Source of the DNA: Eledone cirrhosa
Taxonomy: Eukaryota
Assembly (NCBI GenBank): GCA_964016885.1
Contig: OZ024743.1
Coordinates: forward strand, 239,258,001 to 239,322,000
Length of the DNA stretch: 64,000 nucleotides
Direction of reading: 5' to 3'
Part shown: one piece after another, positions 54,001-64,000 of the stretch
Layout: each line of letters starts with the position of its first letter
Position numbering within the stretch: the stretch's first letter is position 1
Position numbers and translations under genes: made by a program
Notes under the pieces: model-generated
Told to the model about the DNA's origin: nothing
Database searches by the model: none
What the model saw: the letters and a program-made list of their open reading frames with translations, nothing else

Positions 54001-54401
54001 TCCTCACCTTCATTTCCCACCGGCTCGCTTGTCTGGCATACTACACCCGCCATCTCCAAGCCATTCTCTCTGCTCAGTTCCTCCAGTTCCAGCTCGCTTA
54101 TCGACCCATTAGTTCTTATTACCCGAGCCTGCCCGGCCAATTTTTGTTCATCTAATTTAAATAAACCAATCTCGTTCCAGATGTTATGCATCCGTCTCCT
54201 GTAGCCCCTCTCATTGGGGTTACTTTTCAGGTAGCATTGCATAACAGTTCTATTCAATTCTTTCGTCCAGTTGGTTCTGGCCCCTTTCCTTCTTCTTCTT
54301 CCTCCAACATCAGCAGTATTTGGTTGACAGTCAGGTTCCTGCTGCTGAGCCAGGGGGCACCTGTTGGGTGAGAGTCTGTCACATGACGTTCTAGTCTCCA
54401 T
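51009..54401 (-). CDS. Reverse transcriptase + CCHC zinc finger + restriction-like endonuclease (1130 aa)
   Basis: N-terminal Myb-like WTKELN..CY; SPGPDG, YRPIT, IDYRKAFD, GIFQGDSLSPLLF, LFMDD, YKYLG; CRIC..H..C; RHD, RPD..D..K..Y. Confidence 0.95.
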   Translation of the reverse strand: METRTSCDRLSPNRCPLAQQQEPDCQPNTADVGGRRRRKGARTNWTKELNRTVMQCYLKSNPNERGYRRRMHNIWNEIGLFKLDEQKLAGQARVIRTNGSISELELEELSRENGLEMAGVVCQTSEPVGNEGEEVLRTEEPPEADNDLNTEINNTWNRDTATEEMNADGLGQDSVDILNLVVDELNNDSGRPMNLRFVDRKKLKETTARVNKVIPYLEARSLHQCNNILKATANTVRKLLGIKARGNNRQERAEPWWKKRLSGQIGEMRNDIGKLESLLNGTLKNIGTKNRLEIKYKTRSKKLNIIIEELKQRIVAKSAKIRRYENRVSQYKQNRMFDNNQKMLFGQLEGKERGNDLIPGAEQAKTFWRGIWEQDVRHNAQAGWIETVQREIGEKAQQQTDLSITVETLKGQAKKLTNWKSPGPDGVQGYWIKHLTSLHSKLTAMFNDCLVSGEVPEWLTKGTTVLIMKDRIKGNDVTNYRPITYLPVMWKLLTSIVSEEIYHHLHTNNLLPDEQKGCRKKSRGTKDQLLIDKMVMGNCRRRHTDLAMGWIDYRKAFDMVPHSWITKSLEVFRVADNIRQLLGRSMGSWETELTSTGVSLGSVKIKKGIFQGDSLSPLLFVLALMPLTIMLRKVRAGYKLGRGELTINHLLFMDDLKLFGKSEKDLDVLVDTVRIFSSDICMQFGIGKSGVIVMKRGRLSRSNGIQIPTGEMIKEIDSEEGYKYLGVLEADGIKNKKMKELLRTEYIRRVRSVLKSHLNSRNAISAVNSRAVSIIRYSAGILRWNVAEQKEMDRKTRKLLTIYNMFHKRSDVDRLYLRRSEGGRGLISIEDCVQMEKNNLYKYVTYSKEPMLRTVLKEGTVSQGMSKEEITSRRKSSLKGKSLHSTFFEKTEFRDPQTWNWLRRGDLKKATEGMLMAAQEQALKTKWLKHHIYKEEASPLCRICGEREETVAHIVSECKHLAQTHYKGWRHDVMGRVIHWHLCKVNNLPHSEKWYEHRPEAVMENSQVKVLWDFRIQTDKKLEHNRPDLVVVDKEKRSCLIVDVACPFDTRVQEKEREKINRYQDLKWEVKRIWNCHEVKVIPIVIGALGTISKGFQGWLKKIGPFTLFGTLQKACLLGTARTLRYVLNI

Positions 54402-54466
54402 TTCACCGTTATTCGAACTGTTTATGTTCGATATTTAAACACTCTTATCGAGGATTGGCGAATGTA

Positions 54467-54577
54467 TGTTTACATAGCCATCTGTGGATCCGCCATCCCA
54501 CTTGGCCCTTGTGTGGCATTATCACCACGCTGTATACGAACACACGTAAACAGACAAACACACGGGCAGAAAGGGCC
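54467..54577 (-). ncRNA. Candidate HDV-like self-cleaving ribozyme in 5' UTR
   Basis: P1 GGCCCUU/AAGGGCC, P2 GUUUAC/GUAAAC, P3 GUGUG/CACAC, P4 GUGG/CCAC, and CUAU before P2', in nested-pseudoknot order. Confidence 0.5.
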
Positions 54578-55478
54578 CCAAAAATGAATAAGCATAAGTT
54601 TCATTGTAATGTAGTATTCGAATGTCTGACTTAGTTCTTGTTTTTTAAGTTTTACTTTTTCCCCCCTCTTCTCTGTCCGTCTGCCTGCTTCTCTCTTCAT
54701 TCTTATTTTCTTTACGTTTTTGGGGTTTCTTTTTTTGTTTTTGTTTTTCTCTGTTTGTTTTTCTCGTTTTTTGCTGTTGTTGCTGTGCTGCTTTGGTTTT
54801 GTTGTTTGTTTTTTCTTTTTTCTTTTGAGTCTATCTATATATTTTGATGCCTTCCTCTTTGTTAGTAGTAGGGATTCTATAATGTGGGAGTAGTAGCAGC
54901 CAGCAGGGAGAAGTGGGAGAGGGCGGCGTTGGCGATACTGAGACAGTGGTGGTGGTGATGTCGATACCGAGGCAGTGGTGGCGGTGATGCGACCGTATTA
55001 CTGTAGTGATGGTGCTGTAGCGGTGGCAGCAGCAGTGAAGGAGTCAAGGGGTGGTGGCGGCGGTGATGGGATAGTGGTGGTAATGATGGCCGTAGTGAGC
55101 GGTGGCGGTGAAGGTGAAAATGCTGTTGTGTTTAGTGTACACAGATGATGGGGTGGGTGGTGTATCTAGTTTCTGGTGTTGGTGAGTTAAGCTGTCCTAT
55201 ATAGTGTAGCCAGAGGAGAGGAGGGGGGGGGGGTTCTTCTTCTTCCATTTATAGCCATTTTTTTTTGGATATACAGTGTACAATACAAAGTTGAATATTT
55301 GAATATTTGAGCCTTATAACAATATATTTTGGGTCCGAATTTTTTGGGGCTCAAGCCGGATGCTTTACGTAGCATTTGTACTAAGAGTTGTTATTTCACA
55401 AATGATTTAAATATGTTAAAAGTTCAAAACTTACGGGAGCGATTTCATGACCTCCGTCACCTCATGCGTCTTCTTCCC

Positions 55479-55528
<50 letters not shown>

Positions 55529-55529
55529 T

Positions 55530-56631
55530 TTGAGTCTCAGACATTGATATTATTTAACTGGAAAGTTTGTTGAAATGGATTTCAAGCTGCTACCTGCAGC
55601 CTCAGATATTCAGGAGGTATCGGAGGGTTCTTGCTGTTCCCAGCAAGCATGCCTTTTGAAGTGTTACAAAAGGCGGGGCTGGACTAATCTTCTTTAACCA
55701 TCCCTGGAACTCTTTGAGATAGTACCTAGTGCGCCTATGACAATCGGGACCACTTTGACTTCATGGCAGTTCCAAATCCTTTTTACCTCCCACTTTAAGT
55801 CCTGGTATCGGTTAATTTTCTCCCTCTCCTTCTCTTGCACTCTCGTGTCGAATGGGCAGCCCATATCCACAATCAGGCACGATCTTTTTTCCTTGTCCAA
55901 AACCACCATGTCAGGTCTATTGTGTTCCAGTTTCTTGTCCGTCTGTATCCTAAAATCCCACAGCACCTTCACCTGATCGTTTTCTATCACCGACTCTGGT
56001 TTATGCTCATACCACTTCTCTGAATGTGGTAGATTGTTTACTTTGCATAGGTGCCAGTGGATCACCCTGCCCATCACATCATGTCTCCAGCCCTTATAGT
56101 GAGTCTGGGCTAGGTGTTTACACTCGGATACAATGTGAGCCACAGTCTCCTCTCTCTCTCCACAGATCCTGCACAGTGGCCTAGCCTCCTCCTTGTAAAT
56201 ATGGTGTTTCAGCCACTTCCTTTTGAGGGCCTGCTCTTGCGCAGCCATTAGCATTCCTTCTGTAGCCTTTTTAAGGTCTCCACTTTTCAACCAGTTCCAT
56301 GTCTGTGGATCTCTGAATTCAGTTTTCTCAATGAAGGTACTATGAAAGGATTTTTCCTGAAGGCTGCTCTTTCTCCTTGATGTTATCTCCTCCTTGGACA
56401 TCCCCTGGTCTATTGTCCTCTCCTTCAGTACAATTCTGAGCATTGGCTCCTTACACTTTCTACATTACGGACAGACATGTGATAGGTCTATAGTTTGTAA
56501 CATCATTACCCTTGATTCGGTCTTTCATTACCAGAACTGTGGTACTTTTTGTCAACCACTCTGGTACCTCACCTGACATCAAGCAGTTATTGAACCGGTC
56601 ATTGAACATGGTTGTCAGTTTTGGGTGGAGG
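55530..56631 (-). mobile_element. Truncated, internally deleted copy of the same R4/Dong family
   Basis: ORF 55694-56443 nearly identical to the C-terminus of 51009-54401; junction ~56452 joins a pre-RT segment; (TTA)n on both sides. Confidence 0.92.
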
Positions 56632-56655
56632 GTTATTATTATTATTATTATTATT

Positions 56656-59600
56656 GGCGACCTACGTAGAAAATCGTATTATCGTGAGCTCCGCAAAGAT
56701 TTATTTTCAGTTGTTTAAATTGCCATTTATGGAAAATTCTTATTGTTAACTGTATATAAGTGCACATACATTGTTTTCTGAAAAGGACACTCAAAAAGAT
56801 TGGGGCCTTGAGCCCAAAATTTAAACTTTTATAATTATCAAACAAAAAAAAAGAAAAAAATAATTTCTTTGAAAAATCATGGCCGACTCACAGCTGAACC
56901 CAGTAGCTGAGAGCCTTCCTCACAAACTAACACCTCACACCGACACCACCATTGTAAATATTACTACGTTTGCAAACATTAAAAATATAAGCAGTAGCAA
57001 TATATTAAATTTGTCTCAGGCAGACATTCATTTCCCGCCATTACCAATGACTGCAGGTGTTGAAGCCGGCACCACCATCACCACCACAGCGAAAACAGAA
57101 ACTAAAGAAAAAAATAAATTAACTCGTGATATCGAAACGAATTCAACCAAAATGAACGCTTCCACACCGAACACCACTGACGCCAACACCACCACCACCA
57201 CAACTGAAACTAAAATTAACAATAACAAAAATAATGATAACAGCAACAATGAGAATAAGAAAACCCTGTCTTTGCCAGATGCCAGAGTAGCAAAAAAATG
57301 CAAAACATTCCAGGTAACTCAGAAGGAATTAGAAGAAGCCAAAAAAATGGTAAAGAAAGATGGGTACAGGGTCAGCATCGGCACCTATGCACCGTGTCTT
57401 ATCGGACGATTAACATAAAATCGCGCCGAGTGGAACGGGCATCCGAGTCCCAAATCCAAAAAGCTTTGGGACATGTGTGGGCAAAAAACCCCCACATCAG
57501 ACGTGGGCAGAAATATGGAACCGTGGACGTGTTCTTTGAAACACCACTGGAGGCCAGAGAACACTCCATGGCCCCATTAAGAAGTGACGACTTCACACTC
57601 GTCCCAAGCTATTGTGGCCAGAGACTCGTTTAAGATCAGGGAGACTCACGTTCCACCGGCCATCGAAATTCCCTAGCTAATGGCTGCCGTCCTCGCCGGC
57701 ATCGAAGCCAACACCAAGATAATTGAAATAGCGAAAGAAAAGCAGGAGAACTGGTCCGGATCTGGGATGGAGCTCCTGATCCAAGCGGAGCAAAAAGCAT
57801 TGAGGAGGTCCCAGAGGTAATAGACCTCACTGACGGCAGCCACCTCACCTTAATCGTCGAAGGCAGAAGGCCTAGGTGTGTCGTTTGTGGTGAAGGAACC
57901 CACCTAATGGCTTTCTGCCCTCAGGCTAAAAGGTTGAGGCCACCTCTCTTACCCACCCCAGTGACTCAACCATCAACATCACCAGCGGCAGGAATGGCAG
58001 CAACAAATGTAGCAGCAGCAACAGAAGCAACTATAACAGCAACAACCCCAGCGCCTACATCATCCACCACGCCACAACCAAAACCAACGCCTGTGGAGGA
58101 TTTTCCACTCCCCGACCTATCGCAACTGGAGAGAGTTTGTGAAGACGAGGAGTGGGAAACGGTATCAGGAAAAAATAAAAAAGAAAAAGAAACCAAAAAA
58201 TAAAAAATCGCCTTCCTTCCCCCTCCAAAAACAAAATACAGAAGGAAACAAATAAACTATCAAACAAAAAAGTTAGGTCCGCTATGCCACCATACACACC
58301 AGCATCACCAACCCCATCAGCACAAAACCAACACCATCACCAACACCACAAAAGTCACCATAAGGCGAAACAGAAACAAACCCACAACAAACGCAAACAA
58401 AACAAAACAACCAAAACGATACACACTACACAGCATTAAATTTGAACAACAATCAATTATTACACTACATGCAACACAACACCAGCATCACAGAAAAGGA
58501 CTACACAACAACCCAAAAGTTAAGACCACCTCCACACATACAAATCACTCGCATCACACAGAAAACCTACACGACACTAAAACAAAAATTCCCCAAAGAC
58601 ATCGGAGACTTCCGACAAGCACTCTCCAGGAGGATTTATAAGGACATTCTTCCGGAAGAGGCCACAAGCAGTGAAAAGGATGGATAAACCATCCTTCCTC
58701 TACGAGAAATAAGGTAAGTGGTCTTTCCCATCTTTTCCACTCCATTTCAACATGACCTCACTCAGAATAGGCAGCATAAATGCGCGTAGCTTGGGTTCGT
58801 CATGGAAGCAGGGTCACCTACTCAACGACTTCAGGTCACTAAACATAGATGTAGTGGCCATCAGCGAGACCAGAATCTCCGAAGCACGGGCCGTCGCACC
58901 GATCTTCGGCGCCTACGATGTGTACGCATCTCCCAGCCGTCCCGGATAGGGGGGAGAAGTTGCTGTGCTTTTTCAGAGAGGTTTGGATCTCGCCATACGG
59001 GCCATCTTCCTGGACCCAGAAGGTAAGTTGGTGGTGCTGGACGTGACCAGCGGAGACGGGCAAGCTTTCAGGCTAATGGCCGTCTATGCCCCGACAGGAG
59101 CAGGGCGGACTGATTTCTTCCGGCGTCTGGAGATCTTTCTTGGAACGTCCCGCTCTTCAGTGTTAGTGGGCGACTGGAACGGGATCTTAGATGCATGCTG
59201 GGATTGTGTGGGATTAGCGTATAGGGGAGGAGTGTGCAAGAGCCTCATCAACCTGCTCAGACGTTTTGAACTGTCTGACAGGTAACGATTGGATTTCCCG
59301 AATGTGCCAATGTGGACTTGGACAAATCGCATAGGGTCATCCAGATCATATCTAGATAGAGTATTTTGTAGGGAAATAGATAGATCTAGCATAGGCTGTC
59401 CACAATTCAAGATAGTCAGCTACACGGACCACAAATTCGTGATCTGTGTGCTTAACTTAGATAGGCTTAATAGACGAGGACCCGGCTACTGGAAGCTAAA
59501 CGCGTCCTTACCAGCGCGCAAGGCCTACAGAGACCGGATTAGCGAACTAGTTAAGCGGGCGTTGACGGGGGCCATCGTCAACAGCAAGTGGTGGTTTGCT

Positions 59601-62389
59601 CTGAAAAGAGCGATTAGAATAGAGTCCATTAGGTTTAGTAAGGCTTTAGTAATAGAGAAAAATAGAGCAAAGGTAGAACTAGTTAGAAAATTAGACGAGG
59701 CGCTTAGCAAATGCATCGCGACCGACGTACTTGCGGCGAATTGGCCCTTGACCAATTCTTCAATGGAAAGCACGTAGGCTGCGTTGTCAGAGCTAGGGTG
59801 CGTGCTCTCAGACACGAGGGGACGAAAGCTGTTCAGTGGGCCTGAGTGGCGAAGGCGCGTCGTGGCAACAATTCCACGATCCGGTCTTTGGTGGACAACG
59901 AAGGGTGCATGCTACTCGATCCCGGGCAAATGTGTGAAGCTTTTCAGCGACACTTCGCACAGCTGTTCGGGGGCAGCGGCGGGCCGGATCGAGGGATGGA
60001 CTTTAGTGTCTACCTCGACGGACTGCCGCGGCTCACGGCCACTGAGGCGGAGGGTTGCGAAAAGCCGATAACAGCCACTGAAGTACGGGAGGAAATGACT
60101 GGCAGCCCAAGGGGTAAATCGTCTGGTTTGGATTGTTTGCCCTATGAACTTTACGTACAGATGCCAGACTTGTTCGGAGGCCTCTTGGCGGACGTCTACT
60201 GCAACTGGCAACGGAACTGTGGCGCTGCTGAGAAAGGATCCGAACAAGGGTTATAACATAGATAATTTCAGGCCCATAACTCTGTTAAACACAGAGTTCA
60301 AAATTTTGGCCAAGGTGCTAGCAAAGAGGTTGGCGCTTGTCGTTGGTGGTCTGGCTGGAGAGGCGCAGACATGCATCATTCCCGAGAGATCAATCCACGA
60401 CAACCTCCGCCTCATGCGATATATCTTAGAGAGGGTAGCTAGGGAACCTGGCACGGGTGGGTCCTTGATCAATTTAGATCAGTCGAAAGCTTTCGATAGA
60501 GTCGACCATCGTTACCTAGCGGCAGTCCTGAGGGCGACTGGCTTTGGGCCCGTCTTCAGAGACTGGATCGCTGCCATGTACAGCGACATCTGCTCTGTGG
60601 TGAGAGTAAACAGTCACCTTTCGGAACCGTTCAACATCATGCGCTCGGTCCGCCCAGGATGTCCCCTCCCGTCCCTCTTGAACGTATTGACTCTCGATCC
60701 ATTACTGCATAAACTGGAGACGATGAGTGGGGTCCCGCGCGAACTAGGATTCGGAAGATCCGTGTTACCGTGTTAGCATATGCGGATGATGTCACCATAG
60801 TGGTGTCGAACGCCAAACACGTCGAGGCGATCGGCACTACACTAAGAGAATACAAAGCGGTGACAGGAGCAATGATCAACCAGGAAAAGTGAGTGGGCCT
60901 ACAGCTCGGCACCTGGAGAGGCAGGTCTATGCCGTCCAACAGCGTCGTCGGGTGCTGGACGGACGGACCGGTTAAATTCCTAAGGTTCTGGTTCGGTCCG
61001 GACCTTCAGACGCACAGAAATTGGGACGAGGTGACGAGCAGGGTGGCTTCTCTCACCCAGAAATGGGAGGAAGCTATCCCTGAAAGGTCGAGCGGAGGTG
61101 GTTAACGCGTACGTCGCGTCCGTCATCTACTACCGCCTGACCGTCGTACCTTGCCCTAAGCCCCGTCTGACTGCGCTGGAACGTTTTCCCTTTCGCTTTT
61201 TGAGAATGAGACGCACTACGATGGTCAGGCGGTCCATCTGCTATCAAACACCCGCTACGTGGAGGACTGGGCATGCCGTGGCTGATGATGCGCAGACACG
61301 CACTCAGGCTACGAAATCTCCACCTCTTCCTCGACGGAGATCAGGTGTGGTCGCCGTTTGCTAGACGCGTCTTTCCCCAGCTCGTCTCCTTGACGGATCT
61401 GCAGTCCTGGGTCAAGCGAAGACCGAAAGGGAGCGCTTGGAGACTGGAATGTTTTCAGGCGCTCACAGCCCTCGACCAATCGGGCAATGTGATCGGTGGA
61501 AACTCCACCATGGCGTTCTATAGAGGATTAGTGGATTGGAAGAGCGACGACGTACTTGGAGAAACTCTAGGCGTCGACAAAAATCAACTAGCCTCTCTCT
61601 TCGGAAGAACTTTCGGGCCGGGGCCTATGGACAACCTCCAGAAATCCCTGGCCTGGCAGTGCTACCGAGGAGCTTTGCCAGTTCGGGATAAACTCTACAG
61701 GCATGGAAGTGCCGTCAGCCGGGCATATCCAAGATGCGCGCAGGGGGACAAAACTGTACTGCACGCACTCGTCCAGTGTCCGAGCATTGCTGACTTGTGG
61801 GTTTATGTCAAACACCTGCTGTCACGTGTAGGACGTATCCAGCTATCAGCTGAGTCCATCGTGTGGATTTCCCCGCCCTCTTCCTTTAGCCGGCAAAGGC
61901 AGGCAGTTTTTATCTGTCTGGTGGCCATGGCGAAAGAGATAGTATGGTGGACACGTTTGAAAGGGCTGAAGACGAGCACTTGCCTCTTAGGTGATGCCCT
62001 GATTAGCTTTGTCAAATTTCATTTGAAAAGGAAAATCAGGGTAGAGAGGGAGGTGCTCTCTTCCCAGCATTTTGTTGAAAGATGTGTGAGAGAAGCAAGT
62101 ATGCCCCGAGTGAATGGGCCTACTCTGAGTATGTGTCTGTAAATTAAAGGTGGAAAACTGGGAGAGGGCACTTGCCCTGGTGGTCACGGTAAGTGTGGCT
62201 TTTAATGGGCTTTCTCCGCAAATGTCCCTCGGAAGTCTCCTCCCTATTGGGGAATTTTTTAAATTGTTATTTTTTTTTGTTACATCCTCTGTTTTTTTAC
62301 ACGCAGAAATGCCCATTTGAACCCTCCTGTATTGTCCTGTACTGTCCTTAATGTCTACTTTATGTAAACCCTTGTGGTTAATGAAGAAA
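56656..62389 (+). mobile_element. Tx1/L1-clade LINE, copy 2 (full-length, decayed) in (ATT)n
   Basis: ORF1 fragments 56879-58700 with VEGRRPRCVVC..HLMAFC; ORF2 fragments homologous to copy 1. Confidence 0.92.
58752..62142 (+). pseudogene. Tx1 ORF2 APE-RT, multiple stops and frameshifts
   Basis: SINARSL, ISET, VGDWN, YLDRV, TDH, YWKLN, LDQSKAFDRV, AYADD. Confidence 0.92.
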
Positions 62390-62419
62390 GTATTATTATT
62401 ATTATTATTATTATTACAG

Positions 62420-64000
62420 CTGCATTTATCTTGCTTTATGTTCATACCAGTTATCACCAAGTCACAACCAGTGACCTCAAGAGACAGGACGTTCCGCCAT
62501 GTTCAAGAAAGAACATACATACTCACACATGCATCTTTAGGAGTTTAGACTTGTGATGTACTTATATTGACAGAATCTTCCTTAGTATATGGGCAGTTCC
62601 CATTAGTACTATCTTTTGTATTTCTCCTATACCCGGGTTTCCTGGGATTTGCGATAAGTAATCATTAGACCCCTTAGGTATCATTCCTAGAGCGCCTACA
62701 ACCACTGGTATTGTTTTAGTTCTCAATTTCCACACTTTTCCAATTTCTATCTCCAGGTCCTTATACTTGCTCAATTTTTCAAATGTTTTTATAGATACAT
62801 TCTTGTCTATTTGGAACGGACATATCAATTAGCAGGCATAGCCTCTTTTTAAAGTCCTTCAGTATTATATCAGGTCTATTTGCATCTATTTTTCGGTCTG
62901 TTTGGATGCTAAAGTTCCACAAGATTGAGATGTGATCTTTTTCAAGTATGGGAGGTGGTTGATGCTCCCACCAATTCTTTTGATGGGGCAGGTCAAAGTG
63001 CTTACACATTATCCAATGTATGTATTGTGCAGCTTTGTCATGCCTGTTTAGGTATTCGGTTGGAGCTATAGGACTGCACATTGAAATTATATGGTCAATG
63101 GTCTCTGGTTGTTTTTTGCATACACGGCATAATGGGCTGCATCCATTTTTTATTATGTTGGCTTGGTAATTTTTTGTTGGCAGACACTGATCTTGTGCTG
63201 ATATAATCAGTCCTTCAGTCTCCGATTTCAGTCCAGAGGATGCCAACCACTGATGGGTTAAAGTTTTGTCAACATCAGGATTGTTAGCTCGCTGTGGGTA
63301 TTTTCCATACAGAGGCTTTTCTTGCCATTTCTTAGCCAGTTTCTGTAGCAGTTCTTTCTTTGGAGTTACTTTTACCTGCTTTGCTTTTTCTGTGTTTTCC
63401 CTTTCAGCAGTAAATGGGACTTCTGAAATTTGTAGACCATTACTGTATCTTTGTGCATCTTTTGTAATGGAATATGATCTTTTGATGCTTTCGTGTTTCA
63501 AAACGAGTTTGATCATCCAATCATGTGATTCCCTTAGATATGTAGATAATCCAATTGTTGCAGTTTTCAACGCAATGTCTAACTGGACTAACCCACGTCC
63601 TCCTTCTTTCCTAGGGAGATATATTCTATCTATATCTGCCTTAGGGTGATGCATTCTGTTCATGGTTAAGAATTTTCGAATTTTTGTATCGAGCCTACGG
63701 ATCTCTGTGCTTGACCAGTTGATGACATTGTAACTGTAGGTTACTACTGGTATGGCAAGCGAGTTTATGGCATCGATCCTATTCCTTGCATTCAATTCCG
63801 TTCTTAAGATTGCTCTTACTCTGCGGTAACATTCCTTCCTTATCCTTTCCCTCATTGTCGAGTGCTTGATTCCGTCTCCTTCACAAACACCTAGATATTT
63901 GTAAGTTTTTTCTTGATGAAGTTCTCTCATCACGTTCCCCCGATCAAGATTAATTTCTGAACTCTTCAGCAGCTTTCTTCTGGTGAACGTTGCTTTGGCG
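62420..64000 (-). mobile_element. Second R4/Dong-type family element, 3' portion (runs off window), frameshifted
   Basis: YKYLG, RIYLPRKEGGRGL, CRVC..H..C, RHD, RPDI, KYKDL, IPVVVGALG; ends at (TTA)n 62390-62416. Confidence 0.9.

Larger units (their letters stand above)
50935..54577 (-). mobile_element. Apparently full-length R4/Dong-clade non-LTR retrotransposon ending in (TAA)n
   Basis: Single intact ORF, short 3' UTR, (TTA)n at 50897-50932, structured 5' UTR. Confidence 0.92.

Noticed and set aside
51082-54204. Plus-strand ORFs overlapping the Dong ORF
   Set aside because: Antisense shadows of the RT coding frame

Overview
AT-rich, microsatellite-saturated eukaryotic DNA with no confidently identifiable host gene. 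The SINE families and composition suggest an octopus or other cephalopod genome (inference). Recognisable retroelements are: a decayed CR1-type LINE with a PHD-like ORF1 (3.6-7.7 kb); a Penelope GIY-YIG fragment (24 kb); two Tx1/L1-clade LINEs (28-32.8 and 56.7-62.4 kb); a 5'-inverted RTE fragment (43.2-44.4 kb); and three R4/Dong-type RT-RLE elements, one with an intact 1130-aa ORF. There are also many tRNA-derived SINEs, a Helitron-like element and a 6-bp-TSD MITE. The main non-annotated signal is about 15 minimal type I hammerhead ribozyme (HHR) motifs from several unrelated short repeat families, lying in long foldbacks or 350-420-nt tandem monomers next to (TA)n tracts. These resemble Penelope pLTRs or non-LTR retrozymes. 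A candidate HDV-like ribozyme sits at the 5' end of the intact Dong-type element. All structures were read by eye and not computationally folded; element boundaries are approximate.
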